DNA of 62,926 nucleotides, filler included, from Ionaspis alba (Eukaryota): NCBI GenBank assembly GCA_964255285.1. It is 11 parts of 11 records of this genome, joined end to end, with 100 filler letters (N's around TTAATTAATTAA, not from the genome) between each part and the next. Parts side by side here need not be neighbours in the genome. Positions count along the whole stretch, not along the records: positions 51,655 to 57,242 come from CAXUUL010000997.1; positions 57,343 to 62,926 come from CAXUUL010000998.1; 9 more parts are not named here. One strand, 5' to 3'. Shown piece by piece: positions 51,655 to 62,926 of this stretch (position 1 is its first letter; each line of letters starts with the position of its first letter). The notes under the pieces were generated by a model. It saw only the letters and a program-made list of their open reading frames with translations, ran no database searches and was not told where the DNA came from. The position numbers and the translations under genes were made by a program.

Positions 51655-54600
51655 GTCTCCACGTTGACAAAGTCTCCTCCAGGCTCCACATGATGTGCAG
51701 CCATGTCCGACAGCATCCTTGATGGAGCATGCGGCGAACTTGGTAACAATTTTCCGTGACCGGATGAGGCTGTTCTTGATGATCGTCGTGGTGGAGATGA
51801 CTTTTGTGGCATTGACGAGTATCGTACTGGAGGCAATTCAGGTTCAGGAATTGCCGGATCCTCGGGACCTGGGGCATCATAGCCCATGCCATCACTAGCT
51901 AGGCTATGCATGAGGTTGTGTATGTCGAGGCCGCTCTTGGCACGTTGTACTTGCTCTCTACCAGGAATGGGGCTTCCATTAAGGTCGATCCTCGTTCCTT
52001 GGGAACTGAGCTTCAGAGATACTGACGCCATTGGCGTACTGCTTTCCCGGACACGAGTCGTGACATCTGCTTCAGAAGTTGGTGGGACTACGTTCGAGGT
52101 TCGTCGACGTTTGTCCAGAGGTGTCTCATCAACGCGTCGAGGGCCGGCTAATAGCTCGTTGACCTGTTGTGCACGCGCGGGCTGTTCATATTCCAGTTTT
52201 CTTTTTGCATGCAATGCCAGACGCTCTGGCTCATGCTTGGCTTTGTCATGATGAGCGGCTTTCTCTGACCTCTCCTTATCGGAAGAGAGTTTCCCTTGAT
52301 TGCGAGGACCTGTAGAGTCGAAGCCAATGATGATAGACTTTTGCTGGGCAACTTCATCTGTTACTCGTTTTCGATTGTCATTCAGAGTCATGCGCATCCG
52401 CACCTCTCCCTCCGGCGTCATGCCTTCATGCTTTTCTGATGATATCGAGATTTTAGCCCTTTTAGAAACGCTAGGCGAGTGGTGCTCGAACTTTCGCTTC
52501 TGAGGCGGTCTTGCGGGTATCACTAGCCCTCCAGTATTAACTGCCAGTAGACTCTTCGACCATTTCGAGCCATCATGATCATCAGACACAACATGGTTGG
52601 CCTTTGGTAGTCCGAGAGAAGTAGCAGGATGTGTAGAAAATCCTGTGTCTGAACCACTGGGGTTACCTTCCTTGAACTCGCTGACTATGTGAGGCCTCCT
52701 GCCAAACGTGTGTGCTTCATTCGGCATGTCAAGAGAAACATTCTTGCTCGCTGCGTTCAATTTGTGCGCGATGTTAGGGTTATCGTTCATTGCACTACCC
52801 GACAGCTGAAGTCTCTTCTGGAGTGTTTCTCTGCCCCTGTATCTGTCTGGTGCAGGAATGGTGTCACTATAGAAGGCTTTTGATGACTGTTTTGGCGACG
52901 GCTCTTTTGCAATCGAGGTCAAACTTTCTCCTGATCCTGACTTCACACCTTCGGAAAGTGCATCTCTCACCTTCACGATCCAGGTTTCTCTCTCTTTCCT
53001 CGGTCTTGACTTCGTCACAGCTTCTAGAGCCGCGGTTGTTTCGGGAGCGGGTTTAGACGTGTTCTCAGCAGATAGCTCGGCTTGATCCACGGAAGGAACT
53101 GCCAGGGTTTTAGCGTTTTGTCTGTCAACAGTAGGAGGCAAAGTCAAATTTCGTGATGAAGCCGTTAGATCGCGATGGACATCATGTGCACAGATGTCAT
53201 TCTCGAACCCGGTAACACCACCCTCGGCAAATGTCATGGCGTTCTCAAAATGACTGTCCACAACCGGCTCGCTCACCGCTGCGATACTATGGTTCACAGC
53301 TTCGGCTATGATCTCGCTATGATCTTCAGATTGACCAACAAGATCGACAAGGGAGTCAGAGACGACGATTGGTGTCGAGGGTGTTACTTTCGACACTTTG
53401 TTTTTGGCGTCAAAGTCGGACGCTGTCCGAGTGCGAGGGTAATGCTGATTCAAACGAGTAGGCCGCTGAGCTTCCGCAATTCGAGAACTCGATGCGAATA
53501 AGTCCCCAGCAGCACGTGGAGCAGCTTTGGCATCAGCATCCAGGACACGAGATTCGGTATCAGGACAATCCAAACCATGAGCTTCCTGGATCTCATGATA
53601 GCTTTTCTCCTGGCTCGGAGGAGATGTGGGAGGTATATCTATGTGAGGAGTGTACACAGCTTCCAGATGTTTTTCGTTGGCTTCCATTCTGCGAGGCAAT
53701 GTAAGATGTTTGTTAAGCTGCTCATTCGGAGTGTCTTTCAGATCCGCTTCCAGAACGGTAGCATGCTTTCGCAATGGCCTTAGAGCTGGATTCTCCGCCA
53801 CAACGTCACCCTCAGCTTCACGATCAACAGTGCTTACTTGTTTTAGCGGGTCAGCTAGTACTTTCATTGACCCTGTCTTTGACTCTACGGGTCTGCCGGA
53901 GTCCGAGTCCTTCGCTGCGGCCGTCTTTGAACCCTTGGAAGCGGGCTTTCTTGCGGTAGACAATTTAGGCTGTTCGCCTCCCTTCACTCTGCTCTTCGAA
54001 GTTGCTTCGGGCCTCCGCTGATTGATATCATTCTCCTCAGCTGGGATCTGGTAAATATCCTCATTCTCATGACGGCGATCGCTAGGATTTTCCTCGCTAT
54101 TTTCACGGTCGTGACTACCTTTTTCTGCAAGAATACGTGTCTTCATAGTCACCTTCTGGATTGGCATCTTCGATTTGACCTTTGGCGCCTTTGTGGGCTG
54201 AGCCAGCTTCGAAGTCTTTTGTGAAACATGACTCGTTTCTTTGGTAGCAGCAACTCTAGATAGCCTCTTCGGCTTCGAATGCAACGGCGTTTTGATAGAC
54301 CTGGGAGGCGACTCCGGAATGTCAAACATATTGTCATTCGGGTTGACAACTGCGTCACTTCGAGGCTCTAGGGACTGCCGTACTTTCCCTTTGCCATAGG
54401 TCTTTGATTTACGTGAAGAATGCTGCTTCGCGCTGGCAGAGTTAGAAAAAGCGTTGACGGACTTTCGGTTGGCGGCTCTGCTGTCTCTGGCTGCATTCGA
54501 GCGTTGTTTCTCAGTCTTCCGAATAGCACTAATTTCAACGGTCATCCCTTGCCGATCTGTCATCCGCTCCTTGATTTTGTTCCTGTTTGAGCCTGCAAGC

Positions 54601-56507
54601 TTGGGCAATGAAATTGTCTGCGAATTTGGTTTATCGGCGTTTCTCTTCTGCGGTGGGACCATAATATCGCTATCGTCCACTTTCTCTGTGTGATGGCCAT
54701 CGGAAGATTCTGGCCAGTGAGAAACATGCTTGTTAGGCTCATATGAATCGATCAGCCCATTCGTATTTCTCCGAGCTGTCGGCGTTACCAAATCATGAGG
54801 CAGCGGTAAATAGCCCTTCTCTACCAACGTTGAAGCGTCTTTCCTAGAGCTTGACAGGAGTTGCCTTTCCTGGACTGTTACTTCAGGAGCACCAGATGGA
54901 GATATACTCTGCTGTGAACTTTGGTCATCTATGCCTTCGACTTCATGGACATGGGATTGTACCTGGAGCTTCAAGTCATCTGCATTAGGGCTTGTGGCTG
55001 CTTCTACTGCGTACATTGGTGACATGGCCGATGATATCTGCGTGCCTTTTGCATGTTGCAAAATGGAGTCCTGCACCATTGTTGGTAAGTCTGCCACTCC
55101 ATGCTCGTCCGGATGATTCCAATAAAGTCTATTAGACAGGGCTTGACTCGCACGAGCTGCAATACGTTGCAACTCGACCTGCGGTCTCGCTCGGCTAGTC
55201 ATGGATTCAGCTTCCATGCTATCAAGCTCTTGAGAGAGGTCCAAGTCCCCAACTGCTAGCTCGTCGTTTAGCTCACCTGCGACCAAGCTGTGGATTTCTC
55301 CAAAGCTGGACCTGGTAGCTTGTCGGTTCATAGTATCCATGGATGGCTGATCTCTAGATCTGGGACGATCAAGAATGTCAGACTGACTGACATGTGACTC
55401 TCGCATGGCCGCTTGCTCTGCGAGGATGAGACTAATCACCCTTTCTCCAATTTGAGCATTCTCAAACGCAAAACTCAAGAGCTTCGAGTGCTGCGGTAAA
55501 GCATTGCAATAAAAAGTACAAGAAGTCTTCTTGTTGAGGTGAATAAGCAGCGTCGATCTGTCTTGAGAATTTGTGGAGCTGGCTGTTTGATTTCTCTCTG
55601 ACCTTTTCATTTCCATTCTGGTAATGTTGTGGATGGGGACTTCGAAGTATTGCACAAATCGCGGACCTTCTGCAGGTATAAATATATCAAGAATGCCATC
55701 AATAGTCGTCACAAGCATAGCAGGCAAGGTGTGCAACGAAACGGTGGTTCCATCGAGACTCAATCCGCGCGCAAAGTACGAAGTTCTAAAGCCATGTGGT
55801 CAGAGTATGTCCAACGAACTGGATGATGTGACCTCACGGTTCGATACCCATCTGCGTGTCTCTCGCACTCACCAAACTCTCGAAAGCTTCCAGCCACTGT
55901 GAGCTCTGGTATTGGTCTTTGGGGAAAGCGTCATAAACGGCAGGACTCGTGCCTGTAGGCCAAAATATTTCCTGGTCGATCCCAGTAGAAACCATCTTTC
56001 CGACTATAGAGCTAGCGAGCATTCTCAGGAATACTGACCGCTCGCTGATCATAAGCGGGCCCAGTTGTCGTCTAGCAATGTATATATGTCAGCCTCAATT
56101 GGGGTCTTCGTTACAAGCGCGGATACCTTTGGTGCTCTGTAGCCATTTCAAGGAGTACTTGGTTATCTTCACAGCCATTGAGAAGCCCCAGGATAAGTGT
56201 CCCCATCTGATATGAATGGCATTAGTTTAGCTCATCGAACAAAGTGGTAATTACTTCCCCATCGTCTGGTCCCCTCAGGTACAGCATGGTTGCAGAACGA
56301 TTTCAGTGCATGTTGCAGAATCTCACTGCCGATATGTGTTTTTCTCAAGCCATGTGGTGTACGTGTGAGCATGTGTGATGATATATGTGCAGACGATGGT
56401 TGGGCGTCATCTTCGTGCAGAGCTTGCTGGGTGGCATTAGCTAACTTCAAGCAATGAGCACTGAACTTACCGAGAGCAAGCAGAGGCCCCGCTGTTGCTC
56501 CCAACAT
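51655..56507 (-). CDS. Large (>1500 aa) hypothetical protein: folded N-terminal region, PH-like domain and long disordered tail; 3' partial, 5' exon structure uncertain
   Basis: An ORF of about 1370 aa, joined in frame by GT-AG introns (e.g. 55837-55786) to upstream helical exons. The tail is S/K/E/P-rich. Confidence 0.75.
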
Positions 56508-57342
56508 GGTGGTGATAACCTCAAGATTGCAAAGACTGTGATGAAACTGCTACTGCTGAGTCGAGAGCATAGAGAAGGTTGCCCACTTTCTAATGCTGAT
56601 ACGACCCCGATGACTTCTTCCAACGGTAGGTAGCCTCCACGCTTTAGTGCCTGTTTGACGGAGCTATCAAGATGGAGAGAGAGCCTATGAGATCTGGGTT
56701 AGCATTACATTCAAATCACATCCATTGTACACACTCAATCCGTCCTGTAGATGCCTTGAATCCACACAAGAAAGCCGTGAGCTCAGCAAGAGCAGACTTG
56801 TCAACCAAGTGTCGAGCAGCAGAGGATGAGACCATGATGCCTGGAACTGAAAGAACTGACTCGAGATAAAGAAGTCAACTTGGCTTTTCCAGAACGGCAA
56901 AGATAAAACGAGTGGCAATGGAGAAGATAAGGTGGAGATCAGAACCAAAGGAGAAAGGAGGGAACGACAGATTGAGATGACATAAACATGAAGAATTGTA
57001 ATTGGGAAGGAGATATGATGATGTCCGCGGAGCTATAGCCGATGGCAGATGGCTAAATGGAGATAAGGACGCGCCGAACGATCGGAGCTTTGGTTCCAGG
57101 ATCCACGCTAGGTGCCGGGTAAGCCTTAGGAAGTTTAGGGTTCGAAAGAGTGCTGGAAGCGAGAAGATGCTTGGTTGATCACCACTTTCAGAAGTCACCA
57201 CCAGGTCTTGGTAGCTGTTTCTCAAGAGGAAATGATGCCTTCNNNNNNNNNNNNNNNNNNNNNNNNNNNNNNNNNNNNNNNNNNNNTTAATTAATTAANN
57301 NNNNNNNNNNNNNNNNNNNNNNNNNNNNNNNNNNNNNNNNNN

Positions 57343-58943
<1,601 letters not shown>

Positions 58944-59354
58944 ATGAGGGCGTGGGATGAGACGGTGGAACGGGCGTTTCTTGTGCTTCTCGGCTAGAAG
59001 AAGCTGAATAGAAAATGATGTAGATGATAGCGAGCTGATTGAATGATGTTTCATGATAGACGCCGTTATTGGTGACATCTGATTGATTGTTGACCTAAAG
59101 ATCTGACTAATGGGACTTCCTTTGCCCTTCGCTGTCAATCGACGCAACACATGATCTCTTGTACAAGTACATCGCTAAATCAAAGCGGCATGTCGTTCAA
59201 TCGTCTTCTCATCAAACATTCCAGCATACAGTTGCAGGCAAACACTTTTCAAATATACCATCACCCATCCTCAATCAAAGTCAATCGTCCCAATCATTAC
59301 CGCATAATATGACATAGTGTACAAACTGCCTCGTCGATTCTACACTTTTCCGGG

Positions 59355-62300
59355 TCAACGCCTATGTAGCAGAGTGTTCTGCATATTCAGGAAAGAGTCT
59401 GCTCGCTGAAATACGTCGCCTTGAAAGCTTCGGTCCAGACTGGATGCGGAAGCAGGCGTGCTCGGGATCGTAGCCTGAGCAGCCGGGCCCAAGGCCGCAG
59501 AAAGAGGGGTCGCTGGCACACTGGTCATGTAAGGAGAAGAGCTCGACCCTGACTCGCCGCGAGTGCGATAATGCCCATTCGAACGCCCAGCAGAGTAGCT
59601 CGTGCCATGCCCATTTTGGCCCCAGTGTGACTGGTTGGAGCTTTGATGCGAAGGCGGAGTCTGATGAATAGTATAAGACCACGGCGAGCTATCCACACTC
59701 TGTAGTGCGTTCTTGACCGATTTGTGAACTGGGGCCAGAAGACGTGCTACATCCAGGCTGATGAGCTGATAGCGCCTTGCAGCCTTCACTTCATCGACGA
59801 GCTTGACGAACGAGTCCGCGTATCGGATGAACCCTTTCCAGAACTCGGCCGAGCTGCGCACTTCGGGCTCGTTCAGCTTGACGGTCGACAGGCGGTCCTT
59901 AAATGCCTCGCACATATCCAGGCAGGAGCGACAGCGATTGATCAGGTTGGTCCAGAGCTCGATGCCGTCGGCGCCTGCGTACTTTGATTGCGCTGCTTCC
60001 AAGCTTCGCGTGAATTGCGATCGGACCTGAGGGACCGCGGTAAGGCCATAATCGACGGCGCTGCTGAGGCTCAGGTAGATCCTTTCGAAAATGGCATCCT
60101 GGTTCTGTTCCTGCGGAGGACGCGCTAGACCACTGCTCTCGAAGGGCATGGTTACTGGTGTTCCAGGAATCAGGAAACTTTCGCCTGACTTGGGCGTATT
60201 CGCGACGGAGCTCGAGGCGGAGAGAGGGTATGTATTGGTCCGGCTATTCGAACGACTACGACCATTGACGTAGAGAGGGACGGCCGACTGCTGGTTGGTA
60301 GTGGACTTGGCGTGGCTGTAATTGCGCACGGTGTTGATGGTCGTCTCACTCCGCAGTCGCCGGATTGGATTGGGCCTCTCCTTAGTCGGTGTGATAGAGC
60401 GAACGGTGAGCCCTGGTGGCTCCTCGCGAACCAACGGTGCTGGCAGCTTCCGAAGCTTGGGGTGCTTCTTCCGCCCCGACGACTCGTCCAACAGAAGGCA
60501 GGCATTCCGAGTCTCGATACTGCTACCGTATATATTGAGAAGTAGCGTCCGGACATACCTCTGGTCGACGTTCGCTACGAGTCTTGGGAGGCTTCGGAGG
60601 AGCATTTCTCCAATCTGCTGATATGCTTGTATGCATGACCGACATATTGTACGGATATTCTTTGTCGAGCTTCGTAGTCGTCCACTGCCAGCGCTCGAAT
60701 TTCGATCATATGTATATAGTTCTCTGTCGAGTTGATCAAGGTGTGTGCCAAAGTTGTAGTAGACTCTCTCAAGACTGGAGTGTTTCGAGGCGCTGTCGCG
60801 TAGCACTGGAAGCAGAGATCCGATATGCGGATGGATCAAGTGCAGTGAATACAAGATACCTTTGATGCCTTCAACGATATTGTTCACTGGTCGTGATTCC
60901 CTCTTGTCTTCCGGCAAGCTGGAAAGTCGGCGTACAATAGTTCCACGGTGACGATCGCTGTCGATAGGACTTCCAGGATTTGATGAACTATTGGCTCCGG
61001 CGCTCTTAATACCATTCACATGCTTATCGCGTAAGACAGAGCCGTGACTAAAGCCTCGAAAATGATGGCTGTTGCGGTTCGCACGTGTCTCATCCAGAGC
61101 ACCAAGATCTGGCGTCCTCCTAATCATCCCCATGCGTTTGGTCCTCGAGTTCTGAGTAGCTTGGAGTACGCTTTCACTATTGCTACGGTTCCTCTCGTTG
61201 CCATTCACCAACGGCGCCACACCAGGTCGACGAAGACTGGAATTTTGCAAGGCGGAGTTTTGACCTGAAGCTACACGATAGTGTGATCTGGATGGTATTG
61301 CGGGCTTGTAAAGACCAGGAGACTTGAGATCAGGCGCTGACTCCGAGCCGCTGGTGGCAGGTACGACAGGAAATCGGAGACTAGTGTTGCGTTTCAACGG
61401 TCGAGGAGTGTCGAGGGGACTCTCACTACTCGTCAACTAATTAGTAGAATTCGGGCTCAGTCATCGAGTTGGTCACAAGCCTAGATTCTCCTCCAGATTC
61501 TAAAGCGACTGCTTCAGCTTTCAGATACTGCTTGATTTTAATCGTCAAGACGATGGCATCCTTTTCATTCTCTACCAGTGGTGCAACTAAAGGTGAGGGT
61601 GATCCGTCATTACCGTCGATAATACTCTTGAGGCCTTGGCCTAACGGGTTCCCAGCGAGCTTCAGTATTCTCAGGCTTTCCAAGGACCCAAGGGACAACG
61701 GGACTCTTTCTAGCTTGTTGTTCATGACAGACAAGACTCTTAAGGAAGTTAAGCTTTTCATCTCTTCAGGCAGTCTGATCAATTTGTTACGGCTGAGGTC
61801 AAGGATCTGTAGCTTCGGGAGTTTGAAAATCTTTTCCAATTTGTTCAGCTTATTGTCTTTCCGTCCTCTCGTGCAGCCAACTTACAGCTTTGGGGACTTC
61901 TTTGAACAGATTGGCCCTCAAGTTGAGGAAGGTAAGAGACGTGCATTCTTCGAATTTGTAGGGAAGATGCCATATTTGGTTGTGCGATAGTACAAGCCTA
62001 AGTTCTTCGTTAGCTAGGCCAAATGTGTTGTGCCATTTATTTTCCCAGCAATGGTCCAGAAACTGGCATATCTTTCCGTCCTACCTTTCCACGTCTTTGT
62101 TCATGATACGAATCACCTCACTCGGTAGTGACCCAATGTTCTGGCGGTTTAGATCGATGGTCAACTTGAGCTGAACAGCCTCTTCGATGTTCTCATTGCC
62201 AACAAACGACTGCTGCATAACTTGGCGTGCGCTGTCTACTGCGTTTCGAAAGAGTGCCACAGTCTCCGGAGGTGAAAGAGACTCCGCCATGTTTTGGAAG

Positions 62301-62503
62301 GATTCAGGAGAGGGACCTTCGTATCTGACAGGATAGTCGTAATCTGCGGGATAGCGGCTGTTCAAACGGTTCAGTACAGAGTCGTGCCCCTGACTTGGCA
62401 TGACATACCCTGGATAGAAAGACTGCTCAAGCGTTCGAAAACCATCGATAGTCTCTCGCGTTTCATCCCATCCATCTCCAGGGTGAGGTGACTCTCGAGC
62501 CAT
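59355..62503 (-). CDS. SOG2: RAM signalling network leucine-rich-repeat protein Sog2; three introns
   Basis: LRRs (LQILDLSRNKL, LRVLSVMNNKL, LRILKLAGNPL), followed by RNRSNSE, H.RG.SH, RRLSSLPE, D.RYVRTLLL and PATPLSAALGPAAQAT. The start codon is uncertain. Confidence 0.88.
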
Positions 62504-62926
62504 GCTTCCGACTCCTATTCGAACGGGGACCACAAGAATTCGCAGGTGTTGGGACTGACACGACAGTGGACTGAATTGATCCTACAACGAGATCTACTCT
62601 CTGAGATACCCTATCTCACGATGAGGGCACTCGTCGAGTGTTGAAACATCGATAACGACTGTACCATACATCGACAATCATGTGCAATACTGGAGGGGAT
62701 GTCAAGGGATCAGCCTTGTCGTACCTGCAGGAACGTTGCAGCGGCTAATCGTGGCGTCTGGTGGCGCTCGGGCCACATCTACACTATGTCTTCGCTTATT
62801 CCCTGGGCCCAAATCCTCGGGACGCAGTGCCGAGAGCTTTCGTAGATCAGCCAAGTTCTTCACTCTCCTCCAATCATATCTCTACTTCATGCGTAGAAGA
62901 GCTGGTCCAGGTATTAGCAAGGTAAC

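Noticed and set aside
52773..52782. Telomere-like GTTAGGGTTA (also TTAGGGTT near 57134 and GGCTAAGGGT x2.5 near 32347)
   Set aside because: These are isolated short matches, one inside a CDS, consistent with chance.
5734..57298. TTAATTAATTAA recurring about every 5.7 kb, resembling a periodic repeat array
   Set aside because: It is always centred in exactly 44+44 Ns between size-sorted scaffolds, so it is a concatenation linker and not biology.

Overview
This is eukaryotic DNA from a filamentous ascomycete (Pezizomycotina), with spliceosomal introns throughout. It is not one locus. It is a concatenation of 11 short scaffolds sorted by decreasing length (5689 down to 5584 bp), joined by artificial N44-TTAATTAATTAA-N44 linkers, so gene neighbourhood only means something within a scaffold. 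Recognisable housekeeping genes: a YFH7-like P-loop kinase, MED16/SIN4, an HST4-type sirtuin, a large WD40 protein, CIA1, a DUF676 esterase, REX3, a CECR5-type HAD hydrolase, an A1 aspartic-protease-like membrane protein, a WBP2-like protein, VPH1, an aldehyde dehydrogenase, a SAM methyltransferase, GLR1 and SOG2. The most interesting observations are: (1) an orphan ORF built of repeated [signal peptide - small ectodomain - GPI-signal-like] units, a candidate polyprotein precursor of several GPI-anchored peptides; (2) a small conflict/non-self island with an HNH-nuclease gene, an ADP-ribosyltransferase-like gene and a 5'-truncated het-6-like pseudogene; (3) four probable GC-AG introns among roughly 38 traced; (4) repeated sharp C/A-rich to G/T-rich strand-skew switches inside coding regions; (5) a spliced 98-aa, 8-cysteine secreted protein missed by the ORF track; (6) a candidate Red1/Rec10/SYCP2-like meiotic axis protein. 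All family calls come from motif recognition by eye; no database search was run.
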